Below the pieces are notes generated by a model. It made no database searches. It saw nothing but the letters and a program-made list of their open reading frames with translations, and had not been told where the DNA came from. From a virus (Duplodnaviria; Caudoviricetes): a stretch of DNA of 52,141 nucleotides. The position numbers and the translations under genes were made by a program. Below are positions 9,935 to 19,458 of the stretch, in pieces; the first letter of the stretch is position 1, and every line of letters starts with the position of its first letter. The stretch lies in the IMG/VR virus record IMGVR_UViG_3300050011_000039, positions 1 to 52,141 of that record, one strand, 5' to 3'.

Positions 9935-10671
9935 TAGTATAAGCCTCCTGTGCCGGAGCCTAATGGATTAGAGTCCGTTAATAAGTTGGCATTTGTATTA
10001 TTTGTAGGGGTTGCACCGGGAAAACTTCCATACTTATTAAACAACGAACTTGCACCATTCAGCAATGTCGTGTCGGCTTTGGTGTTCGCAGCAGAAGCCG
10101 CATACTGTCCCTCTGCCAACGATGCAGCCGATTGCGCCGATAATCCCGCAGCTTGGTTCTGAAACGCTTGTGCCTTCGATGCGCCATCGTACATTGCAGT
10201 CTGTGTGCGGTAATTTCCTTCTGCGCCGATGATTGCGAGATTAGTGTTTTCGTCCACCGATCCAGATGAACCCGAAGCCGCCATTTCACCAGCAGCATTA
10301 GATTCGTCAATGGCGGTTTGTTGAAGTTGACTCGCCGCCGCACGTTGTCCAGAGCCAGCCGCATTGTTGGCGTTCTGCGTGGCTTCCGTGGCGTTAACGG
10401 CCTGTTGCTGTGAAACATAGGTGTCTTGGGCTTGTTGGGCTTTTCCGGCTGCGGAAGCGGCGTTTGCGCTGGCGAGAGCACCAGCTACAGACAGTCCGGC
10501 CATTCCAATTGAAGCTGCGGTTCCTATACCACTTCCAACCGCCGCTAGTGTCGCCGCAGTATCAGCCGCAGCCCCCATAGCTGCTGCCATTGAAGCTATC
10601 GTCGCCGATGTTCCAGCAGCCGTTGCCGCTGTTGCTGCCGTTGCGCCCGCCGCTGTTGTTCCGCCCGACAT
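9934..10671 (-). CDS. Small internal virion / ejection protein (245 aa, Ala/Gln-rich)
   Basis: Hydrophobic Ala/Gly N-terminus followed by QQ-rich helix; first of the ejection trio. Confidence 0.65.
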   Translation of the reverse strand: MSGGTTAAGATAATAATAAGTSATIASMAAAMGAAADTAATLAAVGSGIGTAASIGMAGLSVAGALASANAASAAGKAQQAQDTYVSQQQAVNATEATQNANNAAGSGQRAAASQLQQTAIDESNAAGEMAASGSSGSVDENTNLAIIGAEGNYRTQTAMYDGASKAQAFQNQAAGLSAQSAASLAEGQYAASAANTKADTTLLNGASSLFNKYGSFPGATPTNNTNANLLTDSNPLGSGTGGLY

Positions 10672-10673
10672 TT

Positions 10674-11129
10674 TTATTCCCCCGTAATAGTAACGTGGTT
10701 TATCGCATCATCATAGCGCGACCAAAGCAAATGAACCTCGTCCGTGAACTCAGCCTCAGCTTCCTCAACTGTCTTTGCGTTAGTCGCAAATATCATCGTC
10801 ACATGCGTATCAGTTATCGCTACGCCAGCCTGTTTGCGCTGTGCGCCACCCGTAAACACATTATATCCATTCAACTCTATCGCCTTTTCACCGGCGAACA
10901 GCAAAAACTTTCCCTGAATAATAAGCAGCGTCGGTATCTTCATCAAAGAGCCAACCAACACAACGCCAGCAGGAATGGTTATCGTGCGTGAGTACATGCC
11001 AGCGTGAAGGATGTGGCTCGTCGCAATCTTAACCTGCGGCAAAGCCAATAGCTCGTCCTCCAAAGCGCGAACCTTGTTAATCTCAAGGGCAGTCATCGTC
11101 GTTATCTTTTTTGTAATCTCATTAGACAT
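10674..11129 (-). CDS. Cupin-like fold phage protein
   Basis: H..HAGMYSRTITIPAGVVLVG motif, common in podophage tail regions. Confidence 0.55.
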   Translation of the reverse strand: MSNEITKKITTMTALEINKVRALEDELLALPQVKIATSHILHAGMYSRTITIPAGVVLVGSLMKIPTLLIIQGKFLLFAGEKAIELNGYNVFTGGAQRKQAGVAITDTHVTMIFATNAKTVEEAEAEFTDEVHLLWSRYDDAINHVTITGE

Positions 11130-11598
11130 TCCGAAGCCTCTTCAAAAACACATGGTTTGTATCCCGATAATCATGAAGGCTTTCCATGACCCTACATAGA
11201 GTGCTTCCGGTTTGAGTGCAGATTAAGATAATAGGTGCGCCCATTTCCTCAGCATGTTTCTCTGCCGCAAGTCTCAATGCCGTTCCAGCACCAGTCTTGC
11301 GATGATCTTTGGCAACAAAGTAACTCTCAGATACAGCCAACACGACACCAAAATGTGGCATGACAGTACAAAGGACTGTAATAAAGCCGATCAATACATC
11401 TTCAAGATAAGCACCAAAAAACTGAAACACCCCAAGACCCTCTAGGCTGCGGTACTGTTCCTTCTTCACATCAACCGGAGGCATCCCGTCAACATGCGCC
11501 TCAGAAGCGTACTCATCCACCAGCGCAGGGAAATTCGGCGTGTTCTCGATCTCTGCTACTGTGCATTTCCTGACAACTAACACCGATACATCTCCCAT
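11122..11598 (-). CDS. GNAT-family acetyltransferase
   Basis: YFVAKDHRKTGAGTALRLAAEKHA acetyl-CoA binding motif A. Confidence 0.75.
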   Translation of the reverse strand: MGDVSVLVVRKCTVAEIENTPNFPALVDEYASEAHVDGMPPVDVKKEQYRSLEGLGVFQFFGAYLEDVLIGFITVLCTVMPHFGVVLAVSESYFVAKDHRKTGAGTALRLAAEKHAEEMGAPIILICTQTGSTLCRVMESLHDYRDTNHVFLKRLRNV

Positions 11599-11927
11599 CC
11601 GTCAACCGTGGCTACATGCCCAAACCCAAGCCTCTCAAGAAACGGGCTACAACGCCCCTCTGTGCCAGTCTCAAGCGGCAATCCCAAATCCTTTATCAAC
11701 CCCCACAATGCCAGAACCGTGCGCCACACTGTCAGTTTTGGGGCATTGTTAGGCTTCACATCAGAGAACGGTACATTCCGCGATTCCTCATGGATAACGC
11801 CAGACAAACACACGACATCGCCCTTGTACAAAGCGACCCATGCCGTGACCTTTGGCGGCGTTAAATCTGGATAGAACAACTTAATATCCTCCACCGTCGC
11901 CACCCTGATTTCTACATCTTTAATCAT
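11577..11927 (-). CDS. Putative GNAT-fold protein (position equivalent to T7 gp13)
   Basis: IRVATVEDI...FLERLGF; directly after tail tubular B. Confidence 0.5.
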   Translation of the reverse strand: MIKDVEIRVATVEDIKLFYPDLTPPKVTAWVALYKGDVVCLSGVIHEESRNVPFSDVKPNNAPKLTVWRTVLALWGLIKDLGLPLETGTEGRCSPFLERLGFGHVATVDGWEMYRC

Positions 11928-14900
11928 ATCCTATCCTCAGTTGTCATCCCAATCACCACCGACAAAACATTGCACGGCCTTGGCGACGCAGCCTGCAAAC
12001 ACAAACGCGAATCCGTATCCCAACGTCCACCAAACGCAAACGTGTCATTGTCATACGCTGACCAGACAGTTCCAGTCGCGTAAGTCGTGCCACCCTCTGT
12101 CAACGGCATATTATCCAGATCAGAGAAGTCGGGGCCGTACAGCAAACCCTGCGAATGGGTGTTCGCCAACACAACGCCGATATTGTCGATGCTCTTAATC
12201 ATATTGATTGCGGTTCCAGCTTGTGCAGCGAAGGCGAGTTTAGCGGTCTGGAATTGAGCCGTATAGCCAATCCCGATAACCACATTCGTCGCGGCAACCG
12301 CCAACGTGCCATTACCGCTACCATCCAGCGTCAGCGTTCCAACGTCAGCCCCATCAGCCCAAACAACACAAGTCTCGCCAGCCAGTGACGGCGCTGCAAC
12401 GGAAGTAGAAGGCGAGCCATTTGTAATCACCACATGCGCGTCAATGTTCTTGTTAATCGAACCGCCAACGCACTCGCTCTCCAACGCCCATCTTTCAAAA
12501 TAGGTCACTGTCGAACCATTAATCGTGCGCTGGACGACATAATAAACCTTGTCCTCTACACCGCCCGGCATGACAAACAGATCAATGACGGTGCCTGTCG
12601 TTTCATACATGACGAAGGCTTTCAGATTTTCAACCGGGTCAAACAGGCATATAGCTACCTGACCATTTTGCAGCAGACAGTGAATCCGCGTGTCGATCTT
12701 GCGCTGCACGGCAATCCTTGAAATGCCAACCGCTAAAATCTCAGGTGTCAGGATGCTCAAATCCACAGTGCTATAATCAACAGGTGCATAGATGCCCTGA
12801 TAATTCATCTGGATTAGGCGCGTTCCGTATTGGTTATTTCCCGTATCCACATCGCCGCGCTGTACGAATACGATTGACGAGTCTATCTGACACGCAGCAA
12901 CCTTCGCCGAACCACGGCTTGACGGCGATGTGATAACAAAGTCAGTTGCAGTCAGAAGGCCGATAACAGATGATCGGATGGAAAACTCCTTGTACTCGCC
13001 GCCAAGAACGAGGCTTGAGAAACCCGCGCCCCAACAGATGTTCTGCACGGGGCCAGAGCCGATGTTTGACGAGATCGGCGCACTATCGCCAATGATCGTC
13101 GCATCAAAACTGGCATACGCATCCGATACAGAACCGTTTACAGAGTCGTTGCCATACCACCAAAGACGCCCCTGCAAGAAGTTACACGATGTCGGGTATC
13201 CATTAAGTGGCGACCATTGGCCTTCGCTCCATAGCGATGTTGCGCTGCTTCCCGTTCCCGTGCTGCCGCCAGTCAGATGTGTGCCGCTCGGTGTTGCGGC
13301 AGAAGCCGCCAATGTGTAAGCGTTGCCGCCCGTGCCAGTCGTTTTGTAGTTAATCAAAAGTTTGGTTGATGTAGCGGAATATGTCGCCACAGTCAGGCTG
13401 CTATTTGCAGAAGCGGTCAGATCGTTCGCAAGCTGTGCGAGTGTCGCAACCATAGTACCCTGAATGTTAGTCTGTGCGCCACTCGCGCCACTCGCCACGA
13501 ACGTCCACGCCACGCCATTAAGCGTTATCGTATCAGATGCAGTCGGGTTTACGGAGAACGTGATATAACCGCCAGCGTAAGCATTGCTCGCGCTCGATGA
13601 ACCGAACGATTTCAGAACCTCAGCCTGAACACTCGTATTGCTGCTGAACCCCGTTACGCGACATATGCCGGTGATGCCGCCATTGGGATACTGCATTGCA
13701 ACGCTGGCAGAACCAGAAACATAACCAGCCTCGAAATTGAACCGATAATAAATGATCTGATTATCAAGCCCGTCAAGATATGTCGTGTTTTGGTTGGACG
13801 TATAGGACGCAACAGATACCCATGTACCTGGCGTACCTACAGATCGCTCAAGATAGATTGTGCCAGACCAAGTCCCCGTTATCTGAAAATTAAACGTCCT
13901 GTTCGCTCCAACATCCGTGACCTCGATATATTCCGTGAATTGATTCGCCCCGCCGATAACATCACTTGTATTCTGCGAACTTGATGTAATTTGGAACAAC
14001 GCACCGACATGCCCCGTCTTAAAATATGGATTGCTGCTTACAAGGTTGACATCGCCCGTCAACCCGCTAACCGACATCTGCGTGGAGAGATCAGTATTGA
14101 TAATCTGAAACGGACCATCATCGGACAGATAATTTACAACCGCCCATGAACGGGTTGTCCCTATACGCTCAATTTTGTATTGAGCATAACCGGCGCAGGC
14201 GATAAACAACTCATCCTCAGACTGGTCGAACCTGACGTTAGTTAAATCTGCCGCAAGCCAAGGGGCAGGGATCGTCATCGCGCCAGCCGCCTCAATAGCT
14301 ACAGAATTAATAAGCGACGCATATGAGGTATTCGCCGTGAACTCTATAACGAAATTACCTGTTGGTGTGAACGCGAGAGAGTATGTGCCGGGCGCGAGGG
14401 TCACAGCATTGACGTAGCTATCATCACCCAATGTCGTGCCAACGCGGATTGTCACATAGCCTTTGGATACAACCAATCTAAGCGCATGTTCTTTTCCATG
14501 ATCTCCCGACGCAACGGTAACGGATTGGCTCTCAATAGCGCGACTCCCGTTGCCATTGCCTTTAAGCGACATATAGGTTCCAGAATACCCGACAAATGGC
14601 GCAGATGCCCACGCCGAAGTTGCACCGCCTTCATCAGCATTAGTCCAACCAGTCAGACTGGACGTAAACGTGCCGTTGGTAATTGTGGTTCCAACAGACA
14701 CCCTTGATATAATCGCCTCCGAAACACGAACGCGCATCAACTGGTTTGTCAATTCGATAATCGCCGTGTCGCTGATGGACTTCATAAACGGCACATGAAC
14801 GGCGGTGCCATTGTTGTAGGTGCTATCCAGCCATGCCGTGCCGGGGCGCAACATCATACTGCCAAGTTCACGTGGCATCCAGTTGGTTTGGACTTGTGCG

Positions 14901-14995
14901 GATAGGGCTTGGACTTTGAGATCGGTTCTTGATAGCGCGAGGGGGGAGATAATGCCCCTGTTCATTGCGAATTGTAAACTGTTCTGTTGCGCCAC
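11924..14995 (-). CDS. Tail tubular protein B (nozzle), 1023 aa, with inserted domains
   Basis: NRGIISP....RTDL...NWMP..LG....RPGT N-terminus; GYPTSCNFLQGRLW; C-terminal PRPCNVLSV; GTG start. Confidence 0.85.
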   Translation of the reverse strand: MAQQNSLQFAMNRGIISPLALSRTDLKVQALSAQVQTNWMPRELGSMMLRPGTAWLDSTYNNGTAVHVPFMKSISDTAIIELTNQLMRVRVSEAIISRVSVGTTITNGTFTSSLTGWTNADEGGATSAWASAPFVGYSGTYMSLKGNGNGSRAIESQSVTVASGDHGKEHALRLVVSKGYVTIRVGTTLGDDSYVNAVTLAPGTYSLAFTPTGNFVIEFTANTSYASLINSVAIEAAGAMTIPAPWLAADLTNVRFDQSEDELFIACAGYAQYKIERIGTTRSWAVVNYLSDDGPFQIINTDLSTQMSVSGLTGDVNLVSSNPYFKTGHVGALFQITSSSQNTSDVIGGANQFTEYIEVTDVGANRTFNFQITGTWSGTIYLERSVGTPGTWVSVASYTSNQNTTYLDGLDNQIIYYRFNFEAGYVSGSASVAMQYPNGGITGICRVTGFSSNTSVQAEVLKSFGSSSASNAYAGGYITFSVNPTASDTITLNGVAWTFVASGASGAQTNIQGTMVATLAQLANDLTASANSSLTVATYSATSTKLLINYKTTGTGGNAYTLAASAATPSGTHLTGGSTGTGSSATSLWSEGQWSPLNGYPTSCNFLQGRLWWYGNDSVNGSVSDAYASFDATIIGDSAPISSNIGSGPVQNICWGAGFSSLVLGGEYKEFSIRSSVIGLLTATDFVITSPSSRGSAKVAACQIDSSIVFVQRGDVDTGNNQYGTRLIQMNYQGIYAPVDYSTVDLSILTPEILAVGISRIAVQRKIDTRIHCLLQNGQVAICLFDPVENLKAFVMYETTGTVIDLFVMPGGVEDKVYYVVQRTINGSTVTYFERWALESECVGGSINKNIDAHVVITNGSPSTSVAAPSLAGETCVVWADGADVGTLTLDGSGNGTLAVAATNVVIGIGYTAQFQTAKLAFAAQAGTAINMIKSIDNIGVVLANTHSQGLLYGPDFSDLDNMPLTEGGTTYATGTVWSAYDNDTFAFGGRWDTDSRLCLQAASPRPCNVLSVVIGMTTEDRI

Positions 14996-15655
14996 CTAGT
15001 ACCAGCCTTCCCCACCAGCAGGGCTTACGATAAAGCCAGAATACAGCCCACGCCGCGCACGAGACCATTGACCGCGAGTGAAGAATCCAGGCGGTTCGTT
15101 CATCGTGTCCTTACCGCGAGCAGCTAACAACGTGAACTCACGCACGGCTGCGACCTTATCTTGAACCTGCTTGCTGTGCGTCAACGAGCCGATGATCTTG
15201 CTGGCGAAGTGCGCAGCCGCGAACTGCTTAAACGCGCCCGACCATAGATTCTTGTTCTGGCCATAATTCACATCATTGGAAACATACTTGACGTAAATCG
15301 TATCAAGGTTAGCCCACCAATAGCCAGCCTCGTCCTGATATTGCGTCAGGTTGGTATCGAAGTACGGATCGGATGATATGGCCGATGTGCGCAGCCAATC
15401 AGCAGGCTTGCCAAACGCATGCGGGAACCCGAAAGAAGGCTGGATACTCGGATCATAGACAATCATTTCCGAACGTCGTGCGAATATCCAGTCAGCTTCT
15501 TCCAGGCAATCATTGATTCCGCCATTGTTCCAAACTTGGTCTAATAGATACCGTGGCTTACGCGCTTCCGTCAGAGATGCGAGGGTACGTTCTTCGCAAA
15601 TCAGCATCGCGTCGTTATATAGATTGAGTTGGGTCTCCGCCACAGTAGTCATCAA
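14996..15655 (-). CDS. Tail tubular protein A (adaptor)
   Basis: N.A...C.E......L.....W.FA...P.DWLR pattern; synteny. Confidence 0.8.
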   Translation of the reverse strand: MMTTVAETQLNLYNDAMLICEERTLASLTEARKPRYLLDQVWNNGGINDCLEEADWIFARRSEMIVYDPSIQPSFGFPHAFGKPADWLRTSAISSDPYFDTNLTQYQDEAGYWWANLDTIYVKYVSNDVNYGQNKNLWSGAFKQFAAAHFASKIIGSLTHSKQVQDKVAAVREFTLLAARGKDTMNEPPGFFTRGQWSRARRGLYSGFIVSPAGGEGWY

Positions 15656-15670
15656 AGACCGCCTTTCAGA

Positions 15671-16117
15671 TTAGCCCAAAGACTTCAGATGTCCCGCAAG
15701 CCACTGGTGTCCCAGAAGCCTCGTATCAAATCCAGTTTTCAGATTGGTGCTGTCAGAATTACGAACAACTGCCCATTTCAGTAACGGGCCTTTCCATTTG
15801 ACTTCATGGTTCTGGTCGTCGGTGGCGGGCAAGTCCTTCATATCTTCTTCAAGCGGAACATAGAGAACCTGCTTGACTTTCGCCCACAAACGGTCTGACC
15901 CGATCACGATAAACTCGGCATACCAAGTGCCGTCCTCAGTCGCGGCTTCAATCTTGTCCATCGGCTTCAGCATCTCGCCGTGGTTGCGCCAGTATTCAGG
16001 CACAAGAAGTTCTTCAACCTTCGACGAGGGTGGTACGACAATGAACCATTTGCTGCGTTTTGAGGCAGAAAGGTTCATGCGCTGGTGACTAAGTGGGATG
16101 ACTTTAACGGGTTCCAT
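15671..16117 (-). CDS. Hypothetical protein (148 aa)
   Basis: GGAG RBS, ORF in the structural operon. Confidence 0.75.
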   Translation of the reverse strand: MEPVKVIPLSHQRMNLSASKRSKWFIVVPPSSKVEELLVPEYWRNHGEMLKPMDKIEAATEDGTWYAEFIVIGSDRLWAKVKQVLYVPLEEDMKDLPATDDQNHEVKWKGPLLKWAVVRNSDSTNLKTGFDTRLLGHQWLAGHLKSLG

Positions 16118-16135
16118 GATTTACTCCGGGTAGGG

Positions 16136-16150
16136 TTAAAAGATAATTAA
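16136..16150. promoter_or_regulatory. CtrA-box consensus TTAA-N7-TTAA upstream of the tail operon
   Basis: TTAA-AAGATAA-TTAA between a -10-like element and the RBS of 15671..16117. Confidence 0.45.
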
Positions 16151-16173
16151 ACATACCACATGATGTAGAAAAT

Positions 16174-16218
16174 GAAAACGAGGAAAAGGGAGCCGCCATG
16201 TCCTAACGACTCCCTTCC
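16174..16218 (-). terminator. Intrinsic terminator after capsid genes
   Basis: AAGGGAGTCGTTA-GGACA-TGGCGGCTCCCTT hairpin followed by a U-rich tract on the minus strand. Confidence 0.65.
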
Positions 16219-16244
16219 ATTACCCTACCCTGAGTAACCTCGGT

Positions 16245-16526
16245 TTAGGTGTTACCAATCGTGACGCCAGTGCTTAACAGTGCGCCTGTGGTCGAAACCG
16301 AAGATACGGTCTTGACACGAGCGATGCTGATAAGCGGCGTGGCGGTATCAATGATAATCACCAGATCGTTAACCGCCATTCCCATATCAACGGGATTGGT
16401 GATGTAATCCTGCGCCACGACCGTCGCAACGGCATCGGCAGAGGTGTACATCCAGAGGTTGCCCGCCAAGCTGTCATCAATGTTGCCATTGACGAACCGG
16501 CGGAGTGATGCGGAATTATAAGCCAT
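16245..16526 (-). CDS. Probable capsid decoration/cement protein (93 aa)
   Basis: Directly after the major capsid gene, strong AGGAG RBS, beta-rich. Confidence 0.55.
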   Translation of the reverse strand: MAYNSASLRRFVNGNIDDSLAGNLWMYTSADAVATVVAQDYITNPVDMGMAVNDLVIIIDTATPLISIARVKTVSSVSTTGALLSTGVTIGNT

Positions 16527-16561
16527 GTTGTTCTCCTTTTAGAGATTTAGGTTATGGGTGA

Positions 16562-17392
16562 TTAGGTTGCAGAGACCATCGAACTACCGTCGTGATACAT
16601 GGTAACGATACCGTTGTTCTGAAGAACCTTGCCGCCCATGAACATTGTCGTGCGAGCATAGCTGTAGTCCTGCTCTTCATCGTAGCCGATGACAGAACTC
16701 AGACCACCGACGTTAGCCGCATGACCGATAGCGTCTTTGTGGTACATGTAGCATTGTTCGCTAGATGTGCCTTTGCCGACGATATTCGGATGCTCGATGA
16801 AGTTCAGACCAAACCAGTTGAACATGATCGGCTGCCCGGAGAAGGGAGTCGTTTTCACATACTGTGCGCTGGTGAACTCTTTCGCTTGCATCAGATAGCC
16901 ATGGAAAGCAGGGCTGATGATGCAGGTGATGCTGCTGTCCATAGGAACTTCGTTGTTCCCAAGGATGGCTTTCGCCTTAGCAACCTGCGACAGAGAGGCG
17001 GTTTGAACCGTCGTGCTGAGAGTCGCAGCCGACAAATCACCAAGAATATCTTGGTCGATCTTACGGTTGACGACGCCAAGCGAGGATTCCTGCATCGCCT
17101 TACGTTGATCGCCCTGCGATTCAAACACGTTGAACGAGGTGATCTTACGCAAATCGTGCCATTCTACGAGCGTCGCGGTATTCTGCGAGTTGTAGTTCGC
17201 ACGAGCCATGATAAGACCGTCAACGCCGCGTGTGGTCGCTGTGGCGTGGTTGGAACCGACGACATCAAATACGGCTTGGTTGCCCTTGATGACGGCTTCG
17301 GTCGTGACGGACTGACGGATGAGGGCAGTACGTTGTTCGAAGAGCTTAACTAGCTCTTGGCGATATTGAATCTGTGGTGCGCTATTTGCCAT
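16562..17392 (-). CDS. Major capsid protein (276 aa)
   Basis: QYRQE....FEQR...IR..V, NRKIDQDI, WFGLNFIEH, YHKDAIGHA motifs of BPP-1-like capsids; follows the scaffold gene. Confidence 0.85.
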   Translation of the reverse strand: MANSAPQIQYRQELVKLFEQRTALIRQSVTTEAVIKGNQAVFDVVGSNHATATTRGVDGLIMARANYNSQNTATLVEWHDLRKITSFNVFESQGDQRKAMQESSLGVVNRKIDQDILGDLSAATLSTTVQTASLSQVAKAKAILGNNEVPMDSSITCIISPAFHGYLMQAKEFTSAQYVKTTPFSGQPIMFNWFGLNFIEHPNIVGKGTSSEQCYMYHKDAIGHAANVGGLSSVIGYDEEQDYSYARTTMFMGGKVLQNNGIVTMYHDGSSMVSAT

Positions 17393-17590
17393 TGCAGTGA
17401 TACTCCAAAGGGTTAAGGGGAAACCAGTTTCCCGGAATTTCCGGTCAACTCATTCTGCCTTGGCCATCTGGGGTATCCTTCCGAGAGTCCGCAGGGTGCC
17501 ATTTCTGGGCTGCTATCTCACATCGGGAGCCATATGCTCAGGTTGTTTTTGTTTCACGAGCCGAAAAAATCGGGGTGTCGCTCGACAAAG
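17393..17590 (-). ncRNA. Structured ~200-nt 5' leader of the major capsid mRNA (putative cis-regulatory RNA)
   Basis: Several hairpins with similar ACACC/GCACC/ATACC bulges, a GAAA tetraloop and two short palindromes. Confidence 0.45.
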
Positions 17591-17597
17591 ACGCACC

Positions 17598-17626
17598 ATA
17601 CTAGCATATGGTTAAAATTTAGGCAA
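17598..17626 (-). promoter_or_regulatory. Sigma70-type promoter for the major capsid gene
   Basis: TTGCCT-N17-TAGTAT. Confidence 0.55.
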
Positions 17627-17635
17627 TAGGGTATT

Positions 17636-18145
17636 TTATGATGCGACAGAGGGAAGATTAAGTTCGCTAAATAATTCACGAGCCTTGAGATCATAGGCAA
17701 TAGCCGCATCTTCTTTGTTCGCATATCTGCCCAAATGAACTGTGCGCCGGTTTAGTGTAATACACGAGAACCACTTTCCAGTTTTGCTATCAAATGAAAC
17801 GCCCTTGATACCACTCCTGTTATGACGAGGGGCATCCATATTATGCATATTTTGTGAACGATTCACCTGACGAAGATTGGAGATTCTGTTGTCCGTCCTT
17901 ATTCTATTTATATGGTCCGTCTGATCTATTGGCCATTCACCATAAACATAGAACCACGCCAAGCGGTGAGATAAATATCTTTTGCGACCAATACGGATAG
18001 CCAAATACCCATCACCCTGCAAAGTTCCAGCAATCATGCCCTCCCTTGCTTTTGGATTCGGGTTACTCGTTTCGCCACGGGTAAACACCCCCGTTTCAGG
18101 ATCATACCGCAAAACCTTACGAAGATGGTCAATATCAAGCGTCAT
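17636..18145 (-). CDS. HNH homing endonuclease with C-terminal AP2 domain (169 aa)
   Basis: YDPETGVF, HRLAW.Y..G.WP...DHINR.R.DNRISNLR, SGIKGVS...HLGRY..KEDAAIAYD; start revised to MTLDID. Confidence 0.9.
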   Translation of the reverse strand: MTLDIDHLRKVLRYDPETGVFTRGETSNPNPKAREGMIAGTLQGDGYLAIRIGRKRYLSHRLAWFYVYGEWPIDQTDHINRIRTDNRISNLRQVNRSQNMHNMDAPRHNRSGIKGVSFDSKTGKWFSCITLNRRTVHLGRYANKEDAAIAYDLKARELFSELNLPSVAS

Positions 18146-18146
18146 A

Positions 18147-19157
18147 TTAACCTCTCTTCTTCTGGTTCTCGCGCCAGCCAACCAACTCGATATACCGGGC
18201 ATGCGCACGGGTATCTTTGTAGTATGTTGGATCGGCACCCCCCATGCGTTTCTCAATCTCCGCAATCTCATTATCAATCGACGCAGCCTGCGATGTTCCA
18301 CCGCCAGCGACAACCGTACTTACCGGATTGATGATACGAGCCTGCGCTGCTAAGTCACGGAGGAACGCGGGATTATTCAGCAATGGCGCACCCGTATTGT
18401 CAACGGCACCCTGAATAGCTTCCCTCGATTGCTCGGAATATGTGCTGAGAAGGTTCTCCACGCGGTTAATCTCGCCGCGATACTCACCACCCCATTCCTT
18501 GCGCAATTCATCCTCAGTCGCCATTTTCGCGGCTGCGATCTGCTTCTCACGCTCGACCATAAAATTGCGCTGCTGCTCATAATATGATGCGAGAATGTCT
18601 TTGACCTGACCATTGTTCAGGTTCATTCCGTGCATGGTTTCGAGCATTTTGCCAACAACCGGCTTGTCGTGTTCTGCTATCGTCAGACCATTAGCAAGAT
18701 TCAGGTCATACTTATCGGCGGCTTCAGGGATACCATTCTCTTTGCGATAAGACGTAATCTGTTCTGGCGTCGCATCCTTTGGCAGCGGCTGTTTCGCCAT
18801 ACCTGACGAGATCAGTTTGTCCTGCTCCTTTAGCTTTTTAATCAAGTCTTGCGGTGAGGCATAGCGTTCAAGTTGCTTGACGTAATCTTTATCGGCACCA
18901 GCCATCTGCTGACGCCAATCGGACGGCCATGTTGGGGTGATTACTTTTTCAGGTGTCTTGCCTGCTTCTGTTGCGCCAACGACAGTTCCTGCATCGCCTT
19001 TAGGCGCAGTTTCTGTTGTCGCAGGAGTTGTTGAGGCTCCCGTGGTGGTTCCTGTTGGCTGCGCAGTTGTGCCAGTATCTGTACTGCCGACATTGGTTGC
19101 TGGGGCTGCGGTTCCTGCATCAGATGCTCCTGTGGTTACTACTGTTTCTTCGGCCAT
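18147..19157 (-). CDS. Capsid assembly scaffolding protein (336 aa)
   Basis: T/A/P-rich N-terminus, WPSDWR, G.PE..DKY, LRKEWG.EY pattern; lies between portal and capsid. Confidence 0.75.
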   Translation of the reverse strand: MAEETVVTTGASDAGTAAPATNVGSTDTGTTAQPTGTTTGASTTPATTETAPKGDAGTVVGATEAGKTPEKVITPTWPSDWRQQMAGADKDYVKQLERYASPQDLIKKLKEQDKLISSGMAKQPLPKDATPEQITSYRKENGIPEAADKYDLNLANGLTIAEHDKPVVGKMLETMHGMNLNNGQVKDILASYYEQQRNFMVEREKQIAAAKMATEDELRKEWGGEYRGEINRVENLLSTYSEQSREAIQGAVDNTGAPLLNNPAFLRDLAAQARIINPVSTVVAGGGTSQAASIDNEIAEIEKRMGGADPTYYKDTRAHARYIELVGWRENQKKRG

Positions 19158-19185
19158 CGGTATTCTCCTTGGGTAGGGTTGCGGG

Positions 19186-19458
19186 TTAGTCTTTCAAGAT
19201 TGTGACGTTGAGGTAGAGTAAGTTCAAAATATACTTCGCAGCCAACCGACGGCCTTCAAATACCGCAGATAGCCGTTCATTGCCCATGTCATCAGAAACA
19301 TCATCCCATCCACATGCTTTCTTCACAATCCAGTTGAGCGCAAGTTTCTGTTGTTCCGCCGTCGCATCGCCGCGATCAAGAGCCTGTATCGCGTAGGCTT
19401 CCGGCTTCTTGAATATCGGCAGAACAATGTCCTGCGGTTTGAGGGTTTTGACGGACAT
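19186..19458 (-). CDS. Bbp19-like phage protein
   Basis: QQKLALNWI...FEGRR motif; conserved position before the scaffold. Confidence 0.6.
   Translation of the reverse strand: MSVKTLKPQDIVLPIFKKPEAYAIQALDRGDATAEQQKLALNWIVKKACGWDDVSDDMGNERLSAVFEGRRLAAKYILNLLYLNVTILKD

Noticed and set aside
16592-17353. 253-aa ORF antisense to the major capsid gene
   Set aside because: Shadow ORF with no RBS or motif
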